Origin: an uncultured Candidatus Rokubacteria bacterium
GTDB taxonomy: Bacteria > Methylomirabilota > Methylomirabilia > Rokubacteriales > DASRDR01
Direction: 5' to 3'
DNA: 64,000 bases
NCBI GenBank assembly: GCA_963708025.1
Contig: CAVPSB010000010.1
Coordinates: 164,455 to 228,454 of the forward strand
Made by a program: the position numbers and the translations under genes. Below the pieces are notes generated by a model, which did not search any database, was not told the origin of the DNA, and saw only the letters and a list, made by a program, of their open reading frames with translations. Positions 44,561 to 56,488 of the stretch are shown in pieces. Numbering within the stretch: position 1 is the stretch's first letter; each line of letters begins with the position of its first letter.

Positions 44561-45859
44561 CTACTTCAGGTAGCCGCCCTCCTTGAGGATCCGGGTCCAC
44601 TCCGCCGCGCAGTCGTTCATCGCCGCTTCGGGGCTCTTCTTCAGGTTCGCCGCAAGGTTCACTTCCCGCGCCCAGACCTGGCGGAGCTGCTCGGTGTGCG
44701 GGATCCGCGGGAACAGCTTCGCGAAGGCCATCGTCTCCGCCATCAGCGGGAAGTCCTTCCGGACCTTGAGGACCTCGGGATCGGTGTAGACGGCCCGATG
44801 GACCGGGTCTCCGCCGTTCACCGCCCAGACGATGGCGCCTTCCTTCGAGGCGAGGAAGCTCAGGAAGGTCTTGGCGGCGTCCTTCCGCGTCGAGCTCGCG
44901 GGTACCACCCAGCTCTCCGCACTCATGAAGGCGCCCCGCCGGACGGTGTTGCCCTCGCGGCGGCCGGGCACCACGGTGGCGGCGATGTCCTTGCAGATCT
45001 TCGGGCTCTTCTCGCAGGACGTGAGCAGGTCGAACGCGGCCGACCACTGGACGGCCATCGCGGCCCGCTCGGCCTGGAGATACTGGTTCTTCTCGAGATA
45101 GCCGATGGCGTCCGAGTCGGGCGGGGCCAGCTTCTCCGTGCGCAGGATGTCCACGAAGTACTTGAGGGCGGCGATTCCTTGCGGGCTGTTCATGACCGGA
45201 CGGTTGTTCGCGTCCAGCCACGTGGCCCCGAAGCCGAGGAAGAACGTGGCGAACTCGATGCCGCCGCTCACCCCGGGCACCCCCGTGCGCAGGATCGTGC
45301 CATAGCGCTCGACCTTCCCCGCGGCGTCCACCTTCTGGAGCTTCCTCAGCGCCGCCAGGTAGTCGTCCCAGGTCTGGGGCACCTCCACGCCGGCCGCCTT
45401 GAGGAGGCTCGGCCGGTACCACAGGTAGACGGGGTGATACTCGGTCGGCAGCCCCCACAGTCGCCCTTCGAACGTGCTGGTGTCGAGTCCCTTCAGGTCC
45501 GCCAGCTGCTCCTTGGCCAGCATCGTGTCGACCGGGGTCAGGGCCCCCGCCTTGGCGAACTCCGGCACCCACTCGCCGACCAGCCAGACCACGTCCCAGG
45601 CGGGGGCCTTCGAGAGCAGGGTCGTGCTCACCTTGGACCGGAAGGCGTCGCGCGCGATCTCGTCGATCTCGACGCGGAGGCCGGTCTTCTGCGCAATGAT
45701 GGGGGCGGCCCGCTTGAGGTTCTCTGCTTCGGGGCTCGTCCACACGGCGACGACGACCTCCTTGTCGGCCGCCATCGGGGCGCCGGACGGGAGGAGAGCC
45801 GTGATGACCGCCGCCAGGAACACGAGGCCGAGGGGTTGGCGCGACATGCGACGCTGCAT
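44561..45859 (-). CDS. Carbohydrate (CUT1) ABC substrate-binding protein
   Basis: Signal peptide, G.LWGLP, YR..LL..AG...P.TWD; MalE-like length. Confidence 0.9.
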   Translation of the reverse strand: MQRRMSRQPLGLVFLAAVITALLPSGAPMAADKEVVVAVWTSPEAENLKRAAPIIAQKTGLRVEIDEIARDAFRSKVSTTLLSKAPAWDVVWLVGEWVPEFAKAGALTPVDTMLAKEQLADLKGLDTSTFEGRLWGLPTEYHPVYLWYRPSLLKAAGVEVPQTWDDYLAALRKLQKVDAAGKVERYGTILRTGVPGVSGGIEFATFFLGFGATWLDANNRPVMNSPQGIAALKYFVDILRTEKLAPPDSDAIGYLEKNQYLQAERAAMAVQWSAAFDLLTSCEKSPKICKDIAATVVPGRREGNTVRRGAFMSAESWVVPASSTRKDAAKTFLSFLASKEGAIVWAVNGGDPVHRAVYTDPEVLKVRKDFPLMAETMAFAKLFPRIPHTEQLRQVWAREVNLAANLKKSPEAAMNDCAAEWTRILKEGGYLK

Positions 45860-45905
45860 ACTCGCTCCTTTCCGGCTGGATCCGGGCTGGTGTCAGGCCC
45901 CGACG

Positions 45906-46114
45906 CTGATATCACAGATGCGAGGCGACACTGATATCTCAGATCGGGGCCAACCTTGTCAAGCCCCGGCCGTGGCCGGCGTTCCAGCCGATGCGGCCGC
46001 GATCTCGAGTGGACACGAAGCGTCGGTCTTTGACAGGCGGTCGCCCGCTGTGATATCAGACTCGGCATGAGACGTGGGAAGGGTCGAACGCCCGCGCAGG
46101 CTCCGATATCGCAG
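45906..46114. promoter_or_regulatory. Divergent promoters with four CTGATATCnCAG operator-like boxes
   Basis: Boxes at 45906-45917, 45931-45942, 46048-46059 (reverse) and 46103-46114 (2 mismatches); TTGACA at 46030-46035 (+) and 45957-45962 (-). Confidence 0.75.
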
Positions 46115-46909
46115 GCCCCTTTGCCCGGCCGTCCCCAGAGCCTCAACGAGCTCGTCTACGCGGAGCTACGGCGGCAGATCCTCTGGGGTGAGATCGCGCC
46201 GGGCAATGCCCTGTCGGTCCGGAGGCTGTCGCAGCAGTTCAGCGTGAGCCCCATGCCGGTCCGCGATGCCATCCGCCGGCTCGAGATCGAGGAACTGGTG
46301 GAGGTGACACCCCGGAGCTCGACCCGCGTCAGCCTGATCTCGCCCGAGGCGGTCCGCGAGATCGCCGAGGTCCGCAGTCGCCTGGAAGCCCTCGCGGCTC
46401 GCCTGGCGCTGCCGAGCCTGACGGCGGCCGACGTGAGGCGGCTGAGGGAGCTCCTGAGGGCCATGCAAGTGGCCGCGGCTAGGAGCGACCCCGAGGCGTG
46501 GCATCAGGCGAACGGCGAGTTCCACCGCGTGGTCGTTCATCGCTCGGGCAATCGACTGCTGACGCGCATGACGGAGGGGCTGTGGGACCGGAGCATCCGG
46601 CACTTCAGCGGCCGGGTGCTGAGCCAGGCGCACTTCCGGCGGCTCCGCGACAAGGAGCACCAGCGCATCCTCCAGGCGATCGTGAGGCGTGACCCGGATA
46701 CCCTGGAGGAGGCCTGGCGCGATCACGTCTACCAGTCCGGGCTCGAGACGGTCGACTATTTGCGTTCCCTGGCGGTGAGCACGGTGCCCTTCAGCGCGCG
46801 CCGGAGGCTCTCCCCTGGCCTGCGAACGGCCGAGCCACCGGGACGGCCGGGGCCCCATGCTCCAGCGCCCGGGCGGCCGCCGGGCCCGGCGGTCCGGCCC
46901 GCTCGCTGA
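46067..46909 (+). CDS. GntR family (FCD) transcriptional regulator
   Basis: VY..LR..I..G...PG, VSPMPVRDA...L, R..LE, N.EFH, EH..I. Confidence 0.92.
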   Translation: MRRGKGRTPAQAPISQAPLPGRPQSLNELVYAELRRQILWGEIAPGNALSVRRLSQQFSVSPMPVRDAIRRLEIEELVEVTPRSSTRVSLISPEAVREIAEVRSRLEALAARLALPSLTAADVRRLRELLRAMQVAAARSDPEAWHQANGEFHRVVVHRSGNRLLTRMTEGLWDRSIRHFSGRVLSQAHFRRLRDKEHQRILQAIVRRDPDTLEEAWRDHVYQSGLETVDYLRSLAVSTVPFSARRRLSPGLRTAEPPGRPGPHAPAPGRPPGPAVRPAR

Positions 46910-46961
46910 ATCACGGACATCCGGCCGGGCCAGAGGCCCGGGTCGACAAGGAGCGCCACCC

Positions 46962-48089
46962 TTGCGCGTGACGGATCTCGCGGTCCGGCTGTACCGGATT
47001 CCCCCGCCCGTGCGGATCCAGGACTCCATCCAGCGGGTCACCCACTGGGAGTGGATCGTCACCACGCTGGCCACCGACGCCGGGCTGACCGGCACCGGGT
47101 TCGCCTACACGAACGGCTTCGGCGGCACCGCGATCCGGGAGCTGGTAGACACCTACCTGGCGCCGCTCGTTCGCGGCCAGGACCCGCGGGACGTGGAGCG
47201 GATCTGGAGCCGGTGCTGGTGGGAGCTCCACGCGCTGGGCTCGGGGGGGATGACGCGCTTCGCGCTGGCCTCGGTCGACATCGCGCTGTGGGACGTCCTC
47301 GCCCAGCACGCGGGCGTCCCGCTGTACCGGCTCCTGGGCGGCGCGCGGGACCGCATCCGGGCCTACGGCAGCGGCATCAACATGCACCTCGACGGGGAGC
47401 CGCTCCTGGACCAGATGCGCGGCTTCCTCGAGCGAGGCTACCGCGCCGTGAAGATGAAGGTCGGGCGGGACGACCCGGAAGAGGACGTGGAGCGCGTAGG
47501 CGCCGTCCGCAAGCTGGTGGGCTCGGGTGTCCTGCTCATGCTGGACGCCAACCAGAAGTGGACGGCCGGCGAGGCGGTGCGGCGGGGCCGGCTCCTGACG
47601 CCCTTCTCCCCGTTCTGGCTGGAGGAGCCGGTGCTCGCCGACGACCGCGTGGGGCACGTCCGGGTACGGCGGGGCACGGGCATCCCCCTGGCGGCGGGCG
47701 AGACCATGTACACGCGGTACGAGTTCGCCGACTTCATGCGGAGCGGCGCCCTGGACGTGGTCCAGGCCGACATCGTGCGGGTGGGCGGCTTCACCGAGTG
47801 GCTGAAGATCGCCAAGCTCGCCGAGAGCTTCAATCTGCCGGTCGCGCCCCATTTCGTGATGGAGCTCTCGGCCCACGCGCTGTGCGCCGTGCCGAACGGG
47901 CTGATCCTCGAGGACCTGCAGGGCGGCTCGTTCACCGATCTCGGAATCGCCGCCGAGCCGATCCGTGTCGAGGGCGGCGAGCTGGCGCCACCGCCCCGCC
48001 CGGGTCACGGGATCGTCCTCGACGACCGAGCCCTCGGCCGCTTCGAGGTCACCGGCAAGTTGACCGACGTGGTACCGACACGCGGCTGA
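46962..48089 (+). CDS. Mandelate racemase-subgroup enolase-superfamily enzyme (probable acid-sugar dehydratase)
   Basis: VDIALWD, KMK, metal ligands LDAN/LEEP/AGE, QAD and APH; AAGGAG RBS with TTG start. Confidence 0.9.
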   Translation: MRVTDLAVRLYRIPPPVRIQDSIQRVTHWEWIVTTLATDAGLTGTGFAYTNGFGGTAIRELVDTYLAPLVRGQDPRDVERIWSRCWWELHALGSGGMTRFALASVDIALWDVLAQHAGVPLYRLLGGARDRIRAYGSGINMHLDGEPLLDQMRGFLERGYRAVKMKVGRDDPEEDVERVGAVRKLVGSGVLLMLDANQKWTAGEAVRRGRLLTPFSPFWLEEPVLADDRVGHVRVRRGTGIPLAAGETMYTRYEFADFMRSGALDVVQADIVRVGGFTEWLKIAKLAESFNLPVAPHFVMELSAHALCAVPNGLILEDLQGGSFTDLGIAAEPIRVEGGELAPPPRPGHGIVLDDRALGRFEVTGKLTDVVPTRG

Positions 48090-48164
48090 GCGCCGCTTCG
48101 CCTCGATCCTCCGCCGTCCGAGAGCGTTCTCGCCGCAGTCCTCACCCCGCCGGGGGGAGCCGGA

Positions 48165-48452
48165 CTAGCGCGCCCGAGGCCACCCGGTGAGCAAGGGCAA
48201 GGGCCAGACCGTGCGCTGAAGGACGATCAGGATGGCCGCCCCCACGAAGGCGACAACCGCCACGGCGACCAGCTGTTGAGAGGCGCCCAGCGCCCACAAG
48301 AGCCCGCCGGCCCCGAGGCTCCCGAGGAGACCGAGGACGATGTCTCCTCTCCGCCCATAGCCTCCCGCCTTCGTCACGGACCCGGCCAGCCAGCCGGCCA
48401 GCAGCCCCATCAGCAGACACATGGCCAACATCACAAGCATTGCGACACTCAT
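48165..48452 (-). CDS. GlsB/YeaQ/YmgE (transglycosylase-associated) membrane protein, copy A
   Basis: GLLAGWLA......GYG...DIVLGLLG..G, VAFVGA. Confidence 0.82.
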   Translation of the reverse strand: MSVAMLVMLAMCLLMGLLAGWLAGSVTKAGGYGRRGDIVLGLLGSLGAGGLLWALGASQQLVAVAVVAFVGAAILIVLQRTVWPLPLLTGWPRAR

Positions 48453-48498
48453 GACCATTTCTCCTTCACAGGGTTATGCGGCTCACTCCCGTCGCGCT

Positions 48499-49602
48499 TC
48501 ACGGCCGCCTCAGGTGGGCGCTGACCCGCATCCGGCCCTCTTCGGGCTGGAGCGCGGACAGCCGCTGCGCGGGGGCTCTGCCTGACGGCCGGGCGCGCGG
48601 GCGTTGCTCGGCCGGAAGCGGAGGGGAGGGCATCCCATCTCCCTTGTGTCGCACGAGGACGGCTGCGAGCATCTCGATCGCGCGCTTGTCCAGGGCCCGG
48701 TTGTCGATGATGACCTCCGCGGTGGAGCCGACGAGCTGCTGCACGCGCTCGGCCACCGGGGTGGAGCAGACGATGACGTCCACCCGCCGGGCGAGGCGAC
48801 CCAGCGCGGCCCGCTCGGCGCGGCACGCCCCCACGAGCACGATGTTCGGCAGCCCGGCATTGGCGATCGAGTGCTCCAGGTTGTGGGCGGTCTCGGGCTC
48901 GGCCGAGGCCACCCCTACCCGTGTCCTTGGCGGGAGCTGGGCCAAGCGGTGGAGGGTCTCGAGATGCACCTCGGCCAGGAGCGCGATCACCGGGACTCCG
49001 GTGCCACCCAGGAGCCGCTCCACCTCAGGGAGATGGAAGAAGCTCGTGGCTGCCGCCACCCAAGGCCGGCGTGCCTTCTTGCGCTGCACGGCCGCCGTCA
49101 AGTCGGCGAGGCGGACCTTGTCCACGTGGACGGGAAGCTGGGCCTCGAGCTCGCGGGAGAAAAAGTCGAGCTCCGGCAGGCTACACTCCACCAACAGGAT
49201 CTCGACGACCCGCTGGACAGTCGCGGGCCGCGCGCCGACCAAGCTCGAGACGCCCACCGCCACGTCGTCGGCCGTCATCCCCAGGGCCGCGGCCCGGATC
49301 ACCACGTCCTGCAGAAATGCCCCGCGGAGGTGGGGAGAAGAGCATGGGGGGCGGTCCCGGGCGACGAACACGCCGCTTCCCCGCCGCGCCTCCACGTAGC
49401 CGCTCCGCTTCAGATCCTCGATGACCCGCGCGACCGTATTGGGATTGATGCCCAGGAAGCCCGCCAGCGCCCGGATACTCGGCAACGCCTGGTCGCACGG
49501 GACACCGCCGCCCTCGATGACGTGCTTGAGCTGCTCCGTCAGTTGCCGGCGGATCGGGATCGGGCTATGTACATCCACTTGCAGGCGAGCCGGGATACCC
49601 AT
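48499..49602 (-). CDS. YtrA-like GntR regulator with a long C-terminal alpha/beta domain
   Basis: SPIPI..QL...L...I..G, LPSIR.LA..LGINPNTVAR, RRGSGVFV; about 230 extra aa. Confidence 0.85.
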   Translation of the reverse strand: MGIPARLQVDVHSPIPIRRQLTEQLKHVIEGGGVPCDQALPSIRALAGFLGINPNTVARVIEDLKRSGYVEARRGSGVFVARDRPPCSSPHLRGAFLQDVVIRAAALGMTADDVAVGVSSLVGARPATVQRVVEILLVECSLPELDFFSRELEAQLPVHVDKVRLADLTAAVQRKKARRPWVAAATSFFHLPEVERLLGGTGVPVIALLAEVHLETLHRLAQLPPRTRVGVASAEPETAHNLEHSIANAGLPNIVLVGACRAERAALGRLARRVDVIVCSTPVAERVQQLVGSTAEVIIDNRALDKRAIEMLAAVLVRHKGDGMPSPPLPAEQRPRARPSGRAPAQRLSALQPEEGRMRVSAHLRRP

Positions 49603-49681
49603 ACCTGTACCTCAGGTCCCCCGTGCCGACCGCTGAGGACACCCAGGGAGCGGAGGCGAAGCGACACTCGGGGTGTGAGAT

Positions 49682-49711
49682 CGGAGGTGGCTTCCGGAGA
49701 AGCCACCTCCG
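49682..49711. terminator. Perfect 13-bp stem-loop (terminator or REP)
   Basis: cggaggtggcttc-cgga-gaagccacctccg just downstream of the 49729-50121 gene. Confidence 0.5.
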
Positions 49712-49728
49712 CCTGAATCGCTCCAGAA

Positions 49729-50121
49729 TTACGCACCCGGCATCAGCAGAGTGGCGCAGGCCTGGGCAACTCTGGTGTCGGGCTCCTGCTCACCGGGCAT
49801 CGTCGCCCAGCCCTGCTTCCCGATATACTCACCTCGCTGCCAGGAGCTCTCTTCCTTCAACGCGACGAGCTTCTGGGCTTTCCCCGGATCCCGCCCGGAT
49901 TGGACGACACAGATCGGCGCCAGGCGCTTGACGACCGCGTCGTGGGCCGTGACCTCAGCCACTGTCCGGGCCGTGCCCCCCGTGACCCATCCGCCCCAAC
50001 TGAAGCCGATGATCATGGTGAGAACAACCGAGGCCACACAAGACCAGAAGACCACCGTCTTCGTCGGTCGCGCTTCACTCCACCGTTGTCCGAGACTCAT
50101 ACTGCCTCTGTTCTGTTCCAT
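49729..50121 (-). CDS. Conserved hypothetical membrane-anchored protein
   Basis: GGAGGAG RBS; TM, then IIGFSWGGWVTGG, PICV, GWATMPG and ACA. Confidence 0.8.
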   Translation of the reverse strand: MEQNRGSMSLGQRWSEARPTKTVVFWSCVASVVLTMIIGFSWGGWVTGGTARTVAEVTAHDAVVKRLAPICVVQSGRDPGKAQKLVALKEESSWQRGEYIGKQGWATMPGEQEPDTRVAQACATLLMPGA

Positions 50122-50197
50122 CGGCTCCTCCGTCCATGATCACGGCGTTGGTCTACTCCGGCGCGGCGCGCGCCGGGATGTGTCCACGTGACGTGTG

Positions 50198-50449
50198 CTA
50201 GGCGATAGCGGGCCAGATCTTGCGCTGGGCGACGATCAAGCCGGCCGCTCCGACGAACGCGATGATGGTCACCGCGACCATGCCCGGGTCGGGGGAGATC
50301 CACCGGGTCTGGAAGATCCAACTCACGACGATGCTCCCGATGAGACCGAGCAGGATGTCCCACCGCAACCCGTAGCCCCCGCGTTTCATGACGTACCCGG
50401 CCAGCAAGGCAGCCAACAGCGCCATGAGCACCCACATGACGAGACTCAT
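50198..50449 (-). CDS. GlsB/YeaQ/YmgE membrane protein, copy B
   Basis: LLAG..MKRGGYG...DILLGLIG, AFVGAA; AAGGAG RBS. Confidence 0.85.
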   Translation of the reverse strand: MSLVMWVLMALLAALLAGYVMKRGGYGLRWDILLGLIGSIVVSWIFQTRWISPDPGMVAVTIIAFVGAAGLIVAQRKIWPAIA

Positions 50450-52096
<1,647 letters not shown>

Positions 52097-52281
52097 GCGT
52101 GTCCTTCCCTTCCTCGGGAGCGGCGGGGCTTGGGGAGCTCGGGCCGGTCGGACCGACTGGATGGCTCGTGTCGCCCGCGATTATCGGTCTCTGCCATGGG
52201 CACTGTCGAGGGCGATGTCCGCGCATTGACCCGCGGAGCCCCACCCTGATAGCATCCCGCCGGGTCGCTGAAGCGCGCCGC

Positions 52282-53961
52282 ATGCTCCCACACGAGATCG
52301 AACGCCCCGTCGGGCCCACCGTTCCGGCCCCGAGACGACGCCGGGCCTGGGCGAGCGGATCCCGCGCCTGCTCCTCAGCCTACTCGCCTCTCGGGCACTC
52401 TGGTGCGGCGCGTCGCCGCGCATCCGCGCGTCGGTCCACTCGAAGCTCCTCGGCGCGTTCCTCCTGATCGCCCTGCTCCTGATCGCCATGGGGGGCGATG
52501 AGCCTCCAGTCGATCGCGAGCGTGGCTCGCGCAGCAGCCGGCTCCTGGAGCAGGCCCGCGAGCGGGTGGACGCCTCCCGCCAGATCGAGCACGCGCTCGG
52601 CGCTCCAGATGAACTTCATTCGAAATGCGCTGCTCCTCCGGGACGACGCCACCATCGAGAGCATCTTCCGCGAGAACAATCGCTTCCACGAGACGCTTCG
52701 ACCGCCTCGAGGCGGCCGCCCCGCCCGGCCAGCGCGAGACGATCCAGCGGCTTCGCGCAGCACGCAGGACCAGGTCATGGCCACGGTGGCCCGCATCGCG
52801 GAGCTCATCCGCGAGGACAAGGCCGACGAGGCGATGGCGCTCCACCTCAACGAGGGCTATCCGCTGTACCGGGAGATCGCGACCCTCGTCACCCGGGCCG
52901 TCCGGACCGAGGAGGCCGGGCATGGGCCAGCTCCGGGAGGGCGTCGAGGCCACCTATCGTCGGGCGCTGCTGCTCACCGGCGGCTTCGCGGCCGCGTCGA
53001 TCTTCCTCGCGCTCGTCCTCGGGTTCGTCATCTCCTGGTCCTTCATCCTCCCCGTCCGCGAGGCCGAGGGCTTCCTCGGCCAGGTCGCCAAGGGAGACTT
53101 CAGCGCGAGCATCGACGTGCCGAATCGCGACGAGTTCGGCGCTCTGGCCCGCCGGATGAACCAGATGAGCCGCGAGCTCCACCAGCTCTACGAGGACCAG
53201 CGGCGGGCGGCTCATCAGCTCCGGGCGCTCAACGCCGAGCTCGAGCAGGCCAGCCAGGCCAAGTCCGACTTCCTCGCCAGCATGAGCCACGAGCTCCGCA
53301 CGCCGATGAACGCGATCCTCGGCTTCACCGAGATGATCCTCGACGACGTCTACGGCGACGTGCCGCCCGAGATCCGGGAGCCGGTCGCCGACATCCACAC
53401 CTGCGGCAAGCAGCTCCTCGGCCTGATCAACGACGTCCTCGACCTCTCCAAGATCGAGGCCGGGCGCATGGAGCTGGCCCTCGGGGAGTACGTCGGTCGA
53501 GGACGTCGTGAACACCGTGAAGCTCTCGCTGCGCTCGCTGGCCGACGACGAAGGGGCTGGACTTCGTCACCACCGTGCCGCCGGACCTGCCGCTCGTGCT
53601 TCGGCGACGGGAAGCGGATCACGCAGTGCCTGATGAACCTGGCGGGCAACGCGCTGAAGTTCACCCGGGAGGGGCGAGTCGAGATCCGGGTCGAGCTCCA
53701 GGGCGACGCGCTCCTCTTCGGCGGTCTCCGACACCGGGATCGGCATCCCCGCCGCACCAGCTCGAGCACATCTTCGAGGAGTTCCGGCAGGCGGACGCCA
53801 CCGTCACCCGGGAGTTCGGCGGGACCGGGCTCGGCCTTTCCATCACGAAGAAGTTCGTCGAGCTGCACGGCGGGCGGATCTGGGTGGAGAGCGAGGCGGG
53901 GAAGGGATCGACGTTCTTCTTCTCGATCCCGGCGCGAGTGGCGCGGGAGGCGGCCGCGTGA
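52282..53961 (+). CDS. Membrane sensor histidine kinase (periplasmic helical domain, HAMP, HisKA, HATPase), frameshifted
   Basis: NRDEFGAL (HAMP), FLASMSHELRTPMNAILG, NL.GNALKFT, GGTGLGLSI, GKGSTF; start approximate. Confidence 0.88.
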
Positions 53962-54329
53962 AGACGATCCTGTACGTCGAGGACAACGAGTTCAACCGCA
54001 AGATCGTCCGGCACCTGCTCGGCCCGCACCTCCTATCGCCTGATCGAGGCCATCGACGGGGAGACGGGCGTGGCGACGGCGCACGAGGCGCTCCCGGACC
54101 TGATCATCATGGACATCCAGCTGCCCGAAGCTGTCCGGGCTCGACGCCACCCGCCAGCTCCGCGCCGAGCCGCGGACGGCGCACATCCCCATCATCGTCA
54201 TCACCTCGTTCGCGCTCGCCGGGGACGAGGAGAAGGCGCAGGGACGCGGGTGCCGCCGCCTACCTGGCGAAGCCGTACAGCCCGCGCGAGCTGCTCCGGC
54301 TGATCCGCCAGCTCGCACCGGAGAGCTGA
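53958..54329 (+). CDS. Single-domain response regulator (DivK-like), frameshifted
   Basis: ILYVEDN, PDLIIMDIQLP, YLAKP. Confidence 0.85.
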   Translation: MKTILYVEDNEFNRKIVRHLLGPHLLSPDRGHRRGDGRGDGARGAPGPDHHGHPAARSCPGSTPPASSAPSRGRRTSPSSSSPRSRSPGTRRRRRDAGAAAYLAKPYSPRELLRLIRQLAPES

Positions 54330-54563
54330 CGCCCGTCGGCTCGGATTCATCCGGACCGTCACCGGCCGATGCCGTTCGGCCAGGCCATCGATCTCCTCCG
54401 CGTCACTCGCGGCGGCGCGTCGCCCCTGGTTCCCTGCCCGGCGACTCCGGCCCACGAGCCTTGACGGCGTTGCCCATTGCAGCCGCGACTCGCGTCAAAT
54501 GCCGGGGCCTTGCCGAGCCTTCGGGAGGAAGCTCGACGCCGGGTCCGGGTCGCGGGCGGCGGC

Positions 54564-55259
54564 TCAGCGCGGCGTCAACGCATAGAGCCCGAAGCCGTTC
54601 TGCCCTTCGCCGACATGGCGGATCCGTGTGCCGCCACCGACGAGGCTCTTCGCCTCGGGCGAGGACTCGAAGACGACCTGCACCGGCGCGGTGATGGGCG
54701 CGAAGGACCAGATTGGCGTCACCGCCGCGTTGACCGTGCGCTGCTCGATCAGCCAGTCCTTGATGATCTCCTGGTTGGTCTCGGCGGTCTCGAAGACGAT
54801 GTTCGAGCCGTCCATGCCGGGGAAGTTGCCGCCGCCGCTGGCCCGGTAGTTGTTGGTCGCGACGAACTCGTGGTTGCCGAGGCTGGCGGCGGCATAGTCG
54901 AGCTGGTTCATCGCCTTGAACACGGGATGGACCTGGCCGGGCTGGAGCCGCTGCTCGACCGCGACGTAGTCGCCAAGCGGGTTGCCCTGGATCAGGTCGC
55001 CCGAGTCGAAGAGCAGCGAGTTCCGCACCTCGCCACGCGCCTGGCGAATGAGGGCCGCCGTGCGAGCGAGGCCGAGCGAGATGTCGCGCTGGTCGCGATA
55101 GTAGTCGTAGTCGACGATGTGCGTGTGGATGTCCGTCGTCGACAGGAGACGCAGGCGCAGCGTCGTGTCCTGCGCCGGGGCCGGCAGCCAGACAAAGGCC
55201 GCCAGCGCGACCAGGATGACGGTGATCGTCAATCGCGAGCGACGGAGATGACCGGTCAT
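54564..55259 (-). pseudogene. cpdB: CpdB-like 2',3'-cyclic-nucleotide phosphodiesterase with a large in-frame internal deletion
   Basis: TTDIH..I.DYDYY, DSGDLIQG.P and LGNHEF joined directly to the C-terminal VATNNYRA.GGG.FPG; only 231 aa. Confidence 0.8.
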
Positions 55260-55615
55260 CGTGTTCCCCCCTGTGGTCCCCGCGCCGTGGGGGGCGGGGC
55301 CTTCTCGCTCATGGGCCGCCGGGAAAAGACGGTGCCCCGAGGTGAATCGACCACCCGGCCCAGGGTTTGGGAATCCGTCCTGGGCCTGTAGCGCTCGATC
55401 CGCGGAGATCTCGTCCGGTCACTCACTGTCACATGATTCCCGGTACTTGAGGACCGGTTGGCGCCTCTCGGCCTCGGTGACCGGCGGCCACTGACTCCGC
55501 CTTGCGGCGCGAGACAAGTGGCACCAGTCGCTGTGCCTACCTAGCGCGGCCGCGATGCGACCGGCGACCGCCCAACTTGGCAAGTTGGCCGTGCCGCGCT
55601 CTGCCGTGACGTCGT

Positions 55616-56395
55616 TCAGCGATTCCACGTGACGGCGATCGCGAGGGCACCAGCCAACACCAGTCCCGCTCCGCTCGCAGCTCGCCCGAACGGCGTCCCA
55701 AGGAAGGCGATCTTCTCCAGCAGGACGACGACGGCAATCGCGGCGACCCACAATGCGTTCATCACGCCTCCAACGAAGAGCAGCCCCATCAGCACCCAAC
55801 AGCAGCCGACGCAGTAGCCGCCGTGGAACAGCCCCAGCCGCAGCGCCCCAGTGGCCCCGGGCCGCCAGTGCCGCGTGAAGAACTGGATCGGTGAACGGCA
55901 ATGCCGGAGGCAGGCGTCCTTCATCGGCGTGAGCTGATACACCCCGGCCGCCATGAGGAGCAGGCCGCCGAGGACGCCGCTCGTCGATCGCATCGCCGGC
56001 GAGACCAGGGCCGCTTGTTGCAGCGCCCAGTGCGCGATCGTCGCGACCACGCTGAACGCGGTCCAGACGAGTACGTAGCCGGCGGTGAAGGTCCCGGTCG
56101 AGACGATTGTCGAAGTCGGCGCGCGCGACCGTATGAGGGCGGCGAACAAGAGGATCGCCGGCGCCGCGCTCGGAAGCATCATCGCTATCATCATCACCGC
56201 CCACATCGCGAAGACGGCCACGGACCTGCCGCTCCAGTCCTCCGGGCCGGCGTGCTGCCCCGCACTCGTGCCCGACATGTCCATGCCGGCGCCATCGAGG
56301 AGAAATGCCCACGCCAGGGCGATCGTCATTGCGAGGCCCGCCACGACCACCGCCCGCTCGCGCCGGGCGATCCATTCGACAGCTTGGTTCACCAT
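55616..56395 (-). CDS. DUF2182 predicted metal-binding integral membrane protein
   Basis: MW.VMM.AMMLPS, YQLTP.K..CL.HCRSP, CVGCCW.LM, LEK. Confidence 0.9.
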   Translation of the reverse strand: MVNQAVEWIARRERAVVVAGLAMTIALAWAFLLDGAGMDMSGTSAGQHAGPEDWSGRSVAVFAMWAVMMIAMMLPSAAPAILLFAALIRSRAPTSTIVSTGTFTAGYVLVWTAFSVVATIAHWALQQAALVSPAMRSTSGVLGGLLLMAAGVYQLTPMKDACLRHCRSPIQFFTRHWRPGATGALRLGLFHGGYCVGCCWVLMGLLFVGGVMNALWVAAIAVVVLLEKIAFLGTPFGRAASGAGLVLAGALAIAVTWNR

Positions 56396-56488
56396 GAGTC
56401 AATCCACCGTCGCACCGGGTCCGCGCCGCGCGCTGCCCGCCGGTGGACGTTCCGGGACCTGGAGTCCTGCAGCTCCTGGTTGCTCGAT

